Of a DNA stretch of 64,000 bases, positions 11,694 to 25,000 are shown in pieces. This DNA comes from Macrostomum lignano (taxonomy: Eukaryota): contig NIVC01001013.1 in assembly GCA_002269645.1 (NCBI GenBank), forward strand, positions 315,946 to 379,945, read 5' to 3'. Below the pieces are notes generated by a model. The model did not search any database and had not been told where the DNA came from. It saw only the letters and a program-made list of their open reading frames with translations. A program made the position numbers and the translations under genes. Position 1 is the first letter of the stretch. Every line of letters starts with the position of its first letter.

Positions 11694-12880
11694 TAGAACA
11701 GGGAAACAGGGAAACAGGGGGAACAGGGGAATAGGGGAGCAGGGGAACAGGGGAACAGGGAAACAAGGGGAACAGGGGGAACAGGCAAATAGTGGAACAG
11801 GGAAACAGGGAAACAGGGGGAACAGGGGAATAGGGGAGCAGGGGAACAGGGGAACAGGGAAACAAGGGGAACAGGGGGAACAGGCAAATAGTGGAACAGG
11901 GAAACAGGGAAACAGGGGGAACAGGGGAATAGGGGAGCAGGGGAACAGGGGAACAGGGAAACAAGGGGAACAGGGGGAACAGGCAAATAGTGGAACAGGG
12001 AAACAGGGAAACAGGGGGAACAGGGGAATAGGGGAACAGGGGAACAGGGGAACAGGGGAACAGGAGGAACAGGGGAACAGGGGAACAGGGGAACAGGGAA
12101 ACAAGGGGAACAGGGGGAACAGGCAAATAGTGGAACAGGGAAACAGGGAAACAGGGGAACAGGGGAATAGGGGAACAGGGGAACAGGGGAACAGGGGAAC
12201 AGGAGGAACAGGGGAACAGGGGAACAGGGGAACAGGAGAATAGTGGAACAGGGGAACAGGGAAACAGGGAAACAGGGGAACAGGGGAACAGGGGGAACAG
12301 GGGGAACAGGGGAACAGGGAGAACAGGCGAATAGTGAAAGAGGGGAACAGGGGGAACAGGGGAACAGGGGGAACAGGAGAATAGTGAAACAGGGGAACAG
12401 GGAAACAGGGGGAACAGGGGAACAGGGGAACAGGGGAACAGGGAAACAGGGAAACAAGAGAACAGGGGAACATGTAGGGGAACATGTAGGGGAGCAGGGG
12501 AACAGGGGAACAGGGGAACAGGGGAACAGGGGAACAGGGGGAGCAGGGGAACAGGGGAGCAGGGGAACAGGGGAGCAGGGGAACAGGGGAGCAGGGGAAC
12601 AGGGGAGCAGGGGAACAGGGGAACAGGGGAACAGGGGAGCTGGGGAACAGGGGAGCAGTGGAACAGGGGAGCAGGGGAACAGGGGAACAGGGGAACAGGG
12701 GATCAGGGGAACAGGGGATCAGGGGAACAGGGGATCAGGGGAACAGGGGAGCAGGGGAATAGGGGAGCAGGGGAACAGGGGATCAGGGGAACAGGGGATC
12801 AGGGGAACAGGGGATCAGGGGAACAGGGGAGCAGGGGAACATGGAGAATAAGGGAACAGGAGAACAAAGGAACACTAGGA
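11625..12880. repeat. G-rich 9-10-bp minisatellite (GGGGAACAG)n
   Basis: Hundreds of GGG/GGGG runs separated by AACA. It begins inside the last codons of the protease ORF. Confidence 0.95.
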
Positions 12881-13689
12881 ACGAAGTTAAGGATTGGCAC
12901 TGCCTAGTACATATACGATGTGTTAAATTCGGCAGGTTTAAGCATGCCAACTCATTAGCACACATGGGATGGCTGCCTCACATCCTCCACTGTGTACTTA
13001 CAGTAGTTTATATGAGGTCTATATCAAAAATCAATAGCCCTATATACTCGTACATACTATGGATTATACCTATGTATTATTAAATTTAACCAATAAACCG
13101 ATTTGAAATGCATGGACCCTCACAGTCATTGTGTTGTACTGTTATTAACTGAAGTACCTGGTTACATGAACATCGTGAACATGCTATAGTCATTATAGTT
13201 CCACTGATCCCATTGTACCATCTTGGTAAGTGGATAAGTATATAGATTTAGGCCGATCATCATTAATTGGTCGAGTCGATGGAATAGCAGAACTTTTTAA
13301 CCAATCTCAAGATTTGATTATTTCCTATGCAAAAGCGACAAGTCACATTGCTTCCATGTTAATTATTTTATTTCAAACTTTAAAAAATTAAAGGTTTAAC
13401 AAAATCGTCAATTGGCGATATGCCTCAATGTAAAATTATGTAAACGACAAAAAACGCGTACAGGAAAAGCCGGAATTGCACAAAGCCTAGGCTGAAACAC
13501 AAAATGGAAATGAATAAGAAAGAACGGACATTTAAAGGTGAAACAACAGCTATGTAATTATCTAACAAAATCATTGGTGCGAGGGAATGCAAAGCTTAGA
13601 TTAGATGAATCAGCTTGCTTTTGCGATCCACCAGAATAAGCCCGGTTTGGGATTTTCTTAGCAATTGTCTATGGGACGTCCAGAAAGCA

Positions 13690-15000
13690 ACTTGGATGAG
13701 CCGGAAGCAATCTGGGTGAACCGGAAGCAATTCAGATGAACTCGAAGCAATCTGGGTGAACCGGAAGCAATTCAGATGAACCGGAAGCAATTCAGATGAA
13801 CCGGAAGCAATCCGGATGAGCCGGAAGCAATCCGGATGAGCCGGAAGCAATCTGGATGAGCCGGAAGCAATCCGGATGAACCGGAAGCAATCTGGATGAG
13901 CCGGAAGCAATCCGGATGAGCCAGAAGCCATCTGGATGAGCCGGAAGCAATCCAGATGAGCCGGAAGCAATCCAGCTGAGCCCCGGCAGCAATCTGGATG
14001 AGCCGGAAGCAATCCGGATGAGCCGGAAGCAATCTGGATGAGCCGGAAGCAATCTGGATGAGCCGGAAGCAATCCGGATGAGCCAGAAGCCATCTGGATG
14101 AGCCGGAAGCAATCCAGATGAGCCGGAAGCAATCCAGCTGAGCCCCGGCAGCAATCTGGATGAGCCGGAAGCAATCCGGATGAGCCGGAAGCAATCTGGA
14201 TGAGCCGGAAGCAATCCGGATGAACCGGAAGCAATCTGGATGAGCCGGAAGCAATCCGGATGAGCCAGAAGCCATCTGGATGAGCCGGAAGCAATCCAGA
14301 TGAGCCGGAAGCAATCCAGCTGAGCCCCGGCAGCAATCTGGATGAGCCGGAAGCAGTCCGGATGAGCCGGAAGCAATCTGGATGAGCCGGAAGCAATTTG
14401 GATGAGCCGGAAGCAATCCGGATGAGCCGGAAGCAATCCGGATGAGCCGGAAGCAATCTGGATGAGCCGGAAGCAATCCAGATGAGCCGGAAGCAATCCA
14501 GATAAGCCGGAAGCAATCTGGATGAGCCGGAAGCAATTTGAATGAACTGGAAGCCATCCGGATGAGCCGGAAGCAATCCGGATGAGCCGGAAGCAATCCG
14601 GATGAGCCGGAAGCAATCCGGATGAGCCGGAAGCAATCCGGATGAGCCGGAAGCAATCCGGATGAGCCGGAAGCAATCCGGATGAGCCGGAAGCAATCCG
14701 GATGAGCCGGAAGCAATCCGGATGAGCCGGAAGCAATCCGGATGAGCCGGAAGCAATCCGGATGAGCCGGAAGCAATCCGGATGAGCCGGAAGCAATCCG
14801 GATGGGCCGGAAGCAATCCGGATGAGCCAGAAGCCATCTGGATGAGCCGGAAGCAATCCAAATGGCCCGCAAGCAATCCAGCTGAGCCCCGGAAGCAATC
14901 TGGATGAGCCGGAAGCAATCTGGATGAGCCGGAAGCAATCCGGATGACCCGGAAGAAATCCGGATGAACTAGAAACAATCCGAAAGCAATCCGGATGAAT
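13690..15000. repeat. 20-bp tandem repeat GGATGAGCCGGAAGCAATCC, ~65 copies
   Basis: Direct reading. A variant CCAGCTGAGCCCCGGCAG recurs at ~13972, ~14134 and ~14316. Confidence 0.95.
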
Positions 15001-15734
15001 CAGAAGCCGACCTGATTCGAACCAGGAATTCCCAACCGGTCCAAATCAGGCCGATAGCAGAGGCAGCCCAAACTAAATCTGTGACACAAGTTGAGCAAAG
15101 GCAACAGCACAAAAGCAGGCTAGGAAAATCAGGTAAAAAGCAGAAGAGCTTAAAGCCATTTTCTCACAGGTAAATTCGCCCAAATCCTTATCCCTGAAGC
15201 AAAATAGCAACGAAAAAGAGCCAAATAGCGTAGCACAGTTATCTAAATTCGCTATGAATGATTAAGAAATTATGAATAATGATATGCTTAAGCGGTGAAC
15301 CGCTGCATAAAATCGAAACGTGCATTGCTTAGCGAGTGACAGCTGATTACGCAATAGATTAAGAGACAATGATAAGCAATTAATCACGGAATATCTTTTT
15401 TGCTATGCCTACTATTAACAGTAGCACAACTTGCCAACTCGATTCGATCCACGGGAGTTTAATTATTCGCAAGTTCTTAATTATTCATTCGATATGAGTA
15501 GATTTAAGTTATAGAATTTTTTAGCAATGTACTAACTTTAAAAAACATATCCTAACAAATTTATACTTATCAATTACTATATTACACGTAAATGTACTTT
15601 CCATATAAAAGTACACAAGTAAACTACCCAGATAAAAGCACATCCGTAAACTAACCTGATAAAAGTTCATCAATCGATAATTATGTTAAAAAGTGCATCC
15701 ATACACTATTAGACTAAAGTAGCATAAGTAGATT

Positions 15735-15915
15735 ATTAGGTTAAAAGTGCATCCGTAAGACTTCTAGGTTAAAAGTGCATCCGTAAGACTTCTAGGTTAA
15801 AAGTACATCTGCAAGACTTCTAGGTTAAAAGTACATCTGCAAGAATTCTAGGTTAAAAGTGCACCCGTAAGATGTCTAGGTTAAAATTTCATCCGTAAGG
15901 CTAATAGGTTGAAAG
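15735..15915. repeat. 28-bp tandem repeat GGTTAAAAGTGCATCCGTAAGACTTCTA, ~6 copies
   Basis: Direct reading. Confidence 0.85.
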
Positions 15916-16047
15916 GGTATTCAAAGCGAACAGAATAAAAGTACACTACGATCCTCCATATATTTACCTACTAACCACTTACTTAGACGCTTAATTAGTT
16001 CAAAAGTGCGTGTACTACATGTATATAGGTAAAAAGTGCAAGCACAC

Positions 16048-19000
16048 TTAGCGAGTATCGTCGGTGCCGGCGTGCGAGAAATCGGCGCTGCCCGGCGTGC
16101 CGGCGACGCTGCCGCCGCCGCTTGGCCGCTCTGGCGGCTGCTGCCGCTGCTTCTCATCTAGCAACTCCTGTTGCTGCTGCTGCTGCTGCTGCTGCTGTCG
16201 CTGCTGCTGGTCCTTGTGCTGGTGGTACTTGCGCAGCTCGTTGCGGACAACCTCGGCCACCCGGGACATCAGCCGGTCGTCTTCGCTATCCTGCTCGGCC
16301 AGCGATCTGGAACGGTTGTTGCGCAGGCTGAAGGCCTGGAACAGAAGGAACTGCAGCACCAGCTGCTGGTCGAAGTCGTCGTCGGCGCTCGGCCGGAGGT
16401 CGGGCCGGAGTCGGCCGACAACGAATAGGACGAGGCGGCGAAGGAGGTCCAGCGCGTTGAACGGCGGCGGCAGCGAGGAGCGCGACTGGAACTCCTGGAT
16501 GAGGTCGTGCCGCTCGAACTGCCACAGGGACTGGCTGCGCGAATCGATCTCTTCGACTGTGCGGCTGAACAGGGCGATGATGAGGTTCAGCAGCAGGATC
16601 TCCGTGATGATCACGTACAGCGGCAGGATCACGTAGGGCACCAGGTATCTGGGGAAGAGGCAGATTGAAGCCAAGAGGAATGGCAGATTGAAGCTAGCAG
16701 GAATGGCAGATTGTAGCCAACAGGAATGGCAGATTGTAGTTAACAGGAATGGCAGATTGTAGCTAACAGGAATGGCAGATTGTAGTTAACAGGAATGGCA
16801 GATTGTAGCCAACAGGAATGGCAGATTGTAGCTAACAGGAATGGCAGATTGTAGTTAACAGGAATGGCAGATTGTAGCCAACAGGAATGGCAGATTGTAG
16901 CTAACAGGAATGGCAGATTGTAGTTAACAGGAATGGCAGATTGTAGCTAACAGGAATGGCAGATTGTAACTTGCAGAAATAGCAGATTGTATTCTATAGG
17001 AATAAGAATAGCAGATTGTAACTAACAGGAATGGCAGATTGTAGCTAACAGAAATGGCAGATTGTAGCCAATAGGAATGGAAGATTGTAGCTAACAGGAA
17101 TGGCAGATTGTAGCTAACAGGAATGGCAGATTGTAGCTAACAGGAATGGCAGATTGTAGCCAATAGGAATGGCAGATTGTAGCTAACAGGAATGGCAGAT
17201 TGTAGCTAACAGGAATGGCAGATTGTAGCTAACAGGAATGGCAGATTGTAGCCAATAGGAATGGCAGATTGTAGCTAACAGGAATGGCAGATTGTAGCTA
17301 ACAGGAATGGCAGATTGTAGCTAACAGGAATGGCAGATTGTAGCTAACAGGAATGGCAGATTGTAGCTAACAGAAATGGCGGATCGAAGCTAACAGGAAT
17401 GGCAGGTTGTAGCTAACAGAAATGGCAGATTGTAGCCAATAGGAATGGCAGATTGTAGCTAACAGGAATGGCAGATTGTAGCTAACAGGAATGGCAGATT
17501 GTAGCTAACAGGAATGGCAGATTGTAGCCAATAGGAATGGCAGATTGTAGCTAACAGGAATGGCAGATTGTAGCTAACAGGAATGGCAGATTGTAGCTAA
17601 CAGGAATGGCAGATTGTAGCTAGCAGGAATGGCAGATTGTAGCTAACAGGAATGGCAGATTGTAGCTAACAGGAATGGCAGATTGTAGCTAACAGGAATG
17701 GCAGATTGTAGCTAACAGGAATGGCAGATTGTAGCCAATAGGAATGGCAGATTGTAGCTAACAGGAATGGCAGATTGTAGCTAACAGGAATGGCAGATTG
17801 TAGCTAACAGGAATGGCAGATTGTAGCTAGCAGGAATGGCAGATTGTAGCTAACAGGAATGGCAGATTGTAGCTAGCAGGAATGGCAGATTGTAGCCAAT
17901 AGGAATGGCAGATTGTAGCTAACAGGAATGGCAGATTGTAGCTAACAGGAATGGCAGATTGTAGCTAACAGGAATGGCAGATTGTAGCTAACAGGAATGG
18001 CAGATTGTAGCTAACAGGAATGGCAGATTGTAGCTAACAGGAATGGCAGATTGTAGCTAACAGGAATGGCAGATTGTAGCTAACAGGAATGGCAGATTGT
18101 AGCCAATAGGAATGGCAGATTGTAGCTAACAGGAATGGCAGATTGTAGCTAACAGGAATGGCAGATTGTAGCTAACAGGAATGGCAGATTGTAGCTAGCA
18201 GGAATGGCAGATTGTAGCTAACAGGAATGGCAGATTGTAGCTAACAGGAATGGCAGATTGTAGCTAACAGGAATGGCAGATTGTAGCTAACAGGAATGGC
18301 AGATTGTAGCTAACAGGAATGGCAGATTGTAGCTAACAGGAATGGCAGATTGTAGCTAACAGGAATGGCAGATTGTAGCTAGCAGGAATGGCAGATTGTA
18401 GCTAACAGGAATGGCAGGTTGTAATGAGCAGAAATAGCATATTTTAGCCAACAGGAATGGCAGATTGTAACTAGCAGAAATAGCAGATTGTAGCCAACAG
18501 AAATGGCAGATTGAAGCTAACAGGAATGGCAGATTGTAGCTAGCAGGAATGGCAGATTGTAGCTAACAGGAATGGCAGATTGTAGCTAACAGAAATGGCA
18601 GATTGTAACTAGCAGAAATAGCAGATTATATTCTTTAGGAATGGCAGATTGTAACTAACAGGAATGGCATATTTTAGCCAATAGGAATGGTAGATTGTAA
18701 CTAGCAGAAATAGCAGATTGTAGCCAACAGAAATGGCAGATTGAAGCTGAAAAGGAATGGCAGATTGAAGCTGAAAAGGAATGGCAGATTGTAGCTAACA
18801 GGAATGGCAGATTGTCAATGTCCAACAGCATTACCTGCCAACATGGTGCGGGCAGGACTGGGTATTGTTGAAGACTTTGTTATCAAGGATTTCATTGCAC
18901 CCGTCAGCTCCCATCACGGCATCCAGGCTGTAGTCGCCAACCATGCTGTAGAAGCAGATCCGGAACATGCCCAGCAGGATGTTCGGCACAGTCATCTGTT

Positions 19001-22000
19001 CCGGGTTCCAAGCGTAATAACCGTTGGGAAACAGCAGGCCGTACATGAGCACGCCAAAGGCGAATATGAATATGAATAGGATGAACAGGAATGGGAACAG
19101 GTCCTGGATGATCATTTTGGCCATCATCTTCAGCTTGGGCCCGAGAGTCTCCAGCACAGTTGAGATGTACAACAGCCTGATCCAGTATAGGGAACAGGAT
19201 ATGCCTGCGGGATGATGATGTTGCTGATGAGGCTAAGAGGCTGGCAGTTTACAGCCGGATGGGCTTCATACGCTACTGATTGCAGGCGGTGTATAGTAGT
19301 ATAATGTGTGTGCATGAAAATCTTGAACTCCACATCTCGAAAACACCACAATAGGGTGCTCTTTAACAAACCATTTGTAAACCCTTTCACAACGCCTAAA
19401 ATACTAGCATTCACCTTCATCACAAACCCTAAACTTAATAAACCCTAAACTTTGTGAAACGTAAACTTCATGGACCCTAAACTTCATAAACCCTAAACTT
19501 CATAAACCCTAAACTTCGTAAAACCTAAACTTCATAAAACCTAAACTTCATAAACCCCAAACTTCATAAACCCTAAACTTCATAAACACTAAACTTCATA
19601 AACCCTAAACATCAAAAAACCTAAACTTCATAGACCCTAAACTTCATAAACCCCAAACTAAACCTGAGCTTCACAAGGGTCCCAAATTTCACAGAGCAAT
19701 CAAATTTGCTTAATTGAATACTAGGCGTTGTGAAAGTTGGAATCCAGGCACCCATTTGCAATTGGAAATCCCCAAATTAAAAATCCATTTTCAAAATTTC
19801 CAAATCCCCAAACACTGAAGGATAGGAAGGGAAGACACTGAAGGACCTGGGAAGGAGACACTGAAGGACCAGGGGAGGAGACACTGAAGGACCAGGGGGG
19901 GACACTGAAGGACCAGGGGGAGACACTGAAGGACCAGGGGGAGACACTGAAGGACCCGGGCCGCAGCCCCTCAGGCTCCTCACTTACCCAGAAACAGCCT
20001 GGCCAAGTACCATCCGGGATCATTAAACGACATGGTGAGCCTCTGCTCCACAGTGTCCATGTGTCCGGCAACTTTGCCCATGCGCAAGAAGAATCCAATG
20101 ACCGCGGTGAACAGTGCGGCAATGTCAATGTAGTTCCACTTGCTCCGAAAGTAGTCGCTCAGCCTGGTGTACATGGCGCACTGCATCAGCTCGCCAACCT
20201 CTTCAATGAGGTAGCCGCAGATGATGCAATAAGCCGCAGCCTCGGCCGTGTTGAGGCTGTATTCGAAATCGATGACCAGAACGTACGACAGGAGCATTAG
20301 CAGGCTGGCGTGGGCCAGGGCGTGATACCGGAACTTCACCGCCGGTATGTTGTAGAAGCCGTACAGCAGGCGGAAGAACTGGCGCAGGCGGCGGAGGTGA
20401 GGATTGCGCAACTGCCGCTCCGAGGAGGTCAGGCTGACTTTGGACCCGCCGAGCAGACTGCGCCGCTCCTCCGGCTGGTCGTCAGGGTCTGTCAGGGCCT
20501 GGTAAATAGAGTTGGGCGCTTTTAATGGGCTGGCCAGCTTGATGATGGCTTCCTGGGGATGAAGGTGACGGAGCCTGGGTACCTGGGGATTAAGGTGACG
20601 GAGCCTGGGTACCTGGGGATTAAGGTGACGGAGCCTGGGTACCTGGGGATTAAGGTGACGGAGCCTGGGTACCTGGGGATTAAGGTGACGGAGCCTGGGT
20701 ACCTGGGGATTAAGGTGACGGAGCCTGGGTACCTGGGGATTAAGGTGACGGAGCCTGGGTATCTGAAGATGAACGTGACGAAGCCTGGGTATCTGGGGAT
20801 TAAGGTGACGGAGCCTGGGTATCTGAAGATGAAGGTGACGGAGCCTGGGTATTTGGGGATGAAGGTGACGGAGCCTGGGTATCTGGGGATAGAGCTGGCC
20901 GATACTGGAGAGCTGGGGATGAAGGTGACGGAGCCTGGGTACCTGGAGATGATGATGACGGAGATTGAGCACCTGGGAATGGTGATGACGGAGCCTGGGT
21001 ACCTGGGGATGAAAGTGACGGAGCCTGGGTACCTGGGGGCTGGGGATGGTGATGACGGAGTCTGAGCACCTTGTAGATGGTGGTGGTGACGGAGCCTGGG
21101 TACTTAGGAATGAATGTGACGGAGCCTGGGTACTTGGGGATAGTGACGGAGCCTGGGTACCTGGGGATGGTGACGGCGCCTGGGTACCTGGAGATGGTAG
21201 TGACGGAGCCTGGGTACCTGGGGATGAAGGTGATGACGGAGCCTGAGTACCTGGAGATGAAGATGACGGAGCCTGCATACCTAAAATAGAGGTGGTGAAG
21301 CCTAGATACCTAGGAATCGAGTTAATTAAAATGTAAGATTGCAAGGTGAGCGCCATGACTTAGGCTACCAGAGGGTGCTTGCATTCTTAAATGAACTGCA
21401 GCTGTTAACAAACCTTGGTCCCCACAGCAGTTGTGGCAGTCTTGCCAGAAGGCGTGAACTGCACCTCCACATTCGCCGCCGCAGTTGCCGCCTTGGCGTT
21501 GGCGGCCGCCTCGCACTCGGCCCGCTTGGCGGTGACAAGGAACTCGCAGGTCTCGTCACCGCCGCGACCCCCGCCGCCAGCGCCTCCGGCACCGCCGCCG
21601 CCGGAGTCCAGCGGGCCGCCACGATGCCGCCGCTCCTCGAGCATGCGCTGCTCGTCGAAGTACACCAGCAGCATGGGCACCAGCAGGTTGCCGGGCACCA
21701 TGCCCAGCCAGATGACAGCCTCGCGCAGGCTCGGCCTGATGTTCAACAGGCAGCCGTACCATTTCTTATCCAGGGCCGTCTGGCCGGCGGCTGTCTGCAG
21801 AAACCTGGCCGACTTGTTGTTGGCGGCCAGCTCGATGCAGGAGGCTTCGCCGTACGTCGGCTGCGGCATCAGCAGGTAGTCCACGGTCACCTGGTGAGGA
21901 GACGCAAAATTCGGTGAGGCTTGTCTCTCTGTAAACTAACTGGGTAAAAGGCGGGAGTAACTATCCCTTTGTTTAGGTAATTGAATACCTTTTCATCTAA

Positions 22001-25000
22001 TTAGATACTGTTGCCTATGATGAAAAAAGGATAAAAAACGCTACTTGTATTACTTATATTACTAAACCGCACCTGTTTGCAGTAGGACGTATCCAGCGTG
22101 TACACCCGTTCAACGGTCTCCTGGGCGATGGACTCGCAGCGGGAGGCCAGCAATTCGATTTCCTCATCGTCCAGCGTCAAATCGGGATTCGATAGCAGGC
22201 TGCGCAGCAGGCCAGCGCAGAACAGCGACAGGGGGATGATGTCGAACTGGTCCTGCCTGTCCGGGAGGGATTCAGAGGACCCAGTCCATTACCGATTTTT
22301 ATTCCAATCCAGCACTCGATCTATAGATCCACTCTATGGCCTACTTAATATATGATCTACTCAACTGAAATCACATGTAGAAATCGATAAATAACTACTC
22401 AATCCTAATTTAGAAATCTATAGGTATCTACTCAATCATCATTATTAGAAATCTATAGATATCTACTCAATCCCAAGTTAGAAATCCATAGATATCTACT
22501 CAATCCGAAATTAGAAATCTATAGGTATCTACTCAATCATCATTATTAGAAATCTATAGATATCTACTCAATCCTAATTTAGAAATCAATAGGTATCTAC
22601 TCAATCATCATTATTAGAAATCTATAGATATCTACTCAATCCGAAATTAGAAATCTATAGATATCTACTCAATCCTAATTTAGAAATCTATAGGTATCTA
22701 CTCAATCATCATTATTAGAAATCTATAGATATCTACTCAATCCGAAATTAGAAATCTATAGATATCTACTCAATCCTAATTTAGAAATCTATAGGTATCT
22801 ACTCAATCATCATTATTAGAAATCTATAGATATCTACTCAATCCGAAATTAGAAATCTATAGATATCTACTCAATCCTAATTTAGAAATCTATAGGTATC
22901 TACTCAATCATCATTATTAGAAATCTATAGATATCTACTCAATCCGAAATTAGAAATCTATAGATATCTACTCAATCCGAAATTAGAAATCTATAGGTAT
23001 CTACTCAATCATCATTATTAGAAATCTATAGATATCTACTCAATCCTAATTTAGAAATCTATAGGTATCTACTCAATCATCATTATTAGAAATCTATAGA
23101 TATCTACTCAATCCCAAGTTAGAAATCCATAGATATCTACTCAATCCGAAATTAGAAATCTATAGGTATCTACTCAATCATCATTATTAGAAATCTATAG
23201 ATATCTACTCAATCCTAATTTAGAAATCTATAGGTATCTACTCAATCATCATTATTAGAAATCTATAGATATCTACTCAATCCGAAATTAGAAATCTATA
23301 GATATCTACTCAATCCGAAATTAGAAATCTATAGGTATCTACTCAATCATCATTATTAGAAATCTATAGATATCTACTCAATCCGAAATTAGAAATCTAT
23401 AGATATCTACTCAATCCCAAGTTAGAAATCCATAGATATCTACTCAATCCGAAATTAGAAATCTATAGATATCTACTCAATCCCAAGTTAGAAATCCATA
23501 GATATCTACTCAATCCGAAATTAGAAATCTATAGATATCTACTCAATCCGAAATTAGAAATCTATAGATATCTACTCAACCTCAATTTAGAAATCTATAG
23601 ACATCTACTCAATCCCAATTAAGCAATCTATAGACATCTACTGAATCCACAACATCCGATATAGAATGTAGAGAGTGACTCACAGGATGAGCATCTCAGT
23701 CAGCTGGAACCTGCCGGTGAGCACAGACCACACGGCCAAGGTGTCCATGGGATGGCGCAGGTAGGACACATCGGGGCAGTAGTCAGGCCGGTAGGCCGGC
23801 AGCAGGTGCGCAGAGCACTCGGCTCCATAGTGACTGGCCAGAGCGTCTCGGCGAAGCCGGCCGGCCTGCACGAAGCTCTGGCGGAGGTTCTGCACCAGGC
23901 GGCTGACACCGCGCTCGGGCGTGTGCAGGTAGACGCTGTCCAGACGGGACTCGATCACTTCGGCCACGGCTGTCCAGAGGATGCCGCAGGCTGACAGACG
24001 GCACAGCAGGCCGATGTCTTCGCGCAGCAGGACGTAGCGCAGCACCAGGGCGGCGGTCTTCTCCAGTGCGTCCTCGTTGTTCACCAGAACGTGCGCCAGC
24101 TCGGTCCGGGCCAGGCGGGTGGCGAGATCGCGGAACTCTACCAGGTCCACCTGACAGGGAGAATCCGCATCTTTAATATGAGCCAGAGCCAGTCTTTTGA
24201 TGGGGGAATGCGCTTGATTATGATTATTCACTCATTGTCAGTGCAGTTGTGAGATTCGATAGAGCAGGGGTTGCTAGCTTTTTGAACTTGTGTTGAGGCG
24301 AGGGGCAAGTGGAGAGTGGGAAGAGGGGAGAGGAGACAGAGGAGAGGCGAGAGGAGAGGAGAGGAGAGAAGTGGAGAGAGGAGAGAGGAGAGAGGTGATA
24401 GAGAAGATAGAATCTTGTAAACGCATACCAGAGATCACACTGACCCCTGATCCTATAATTTATAAGACTGAAATCATAGAGTCTGAGCCGAGTGAAAAGC
24501 CGCATATTCCAGCTATTATCGAGGGTTTTCAATAAGAAAAGATCAATATTCAATTAGAAGGTTGCAGGAACACTAAGTGCCTAAATACGTACACACACTC
24601 AAGTGCATACACTCGAGCATGTAGCGTTTATAGTTTAAAACATGGCATAAGTTGAAAATTGCTGTCACAACACTCCGCTGCCTCAATACAACCTGCTATC
24701 AACTTGTATGTCGCTGTGCGAGCGTATGCTGGAGTGCAAACACCTGCTGTGCAGTTAGTTGCCGTGTGCAATGATATACAAATCTAATGTCACTGGAGTC
24801 TGGACCCTGGGACGGCTTCCAATGTAATACTAGTTTGAATGCACAAAACAGTAAAACTTGTTAAAGGTTTAGATACCATTATTTACCATTTTTCAAACAG
24901 TGACAGGCAAATAGTAGCAGTCAAACAGTGGCAGTCAAACAGTGACAGTCAAACAGTGGCAGTCAAACAGTGACAGTCAAACAGTGGCAGTCAAACAGGG

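Noticed and set aside
12243-12851. Collagen-like G-X-Y ORF (GEQGNRGT...)
   Set aside because: It is a translation of the 9-bp GGGGAACAG repeat, with no Pro-rich triplets, signal peptide or splice support.
9943-14978. Long ORFs (250-460 aa) in multiple frames over the 33-bp, G-rich and 20-bp repeats
   Set aside because: They are by-products of stop-free tandem units, open in several frames and on both strands, with no domain content.
19425-19660. Telomere-like CCCTAAA repeats
   Set aside because: The heptamer is embedded in a 16-bp unit inside an intron and is not a pure telomeric tract.
24265-24450. Another hAT MITE (CAGGGGTTG...TGACCCCTG) in TRPM intron 3
   Set aside because: The termini are short and degenerate and the flanking 8-mers do not match, so it cannot be supported as a discrete element.
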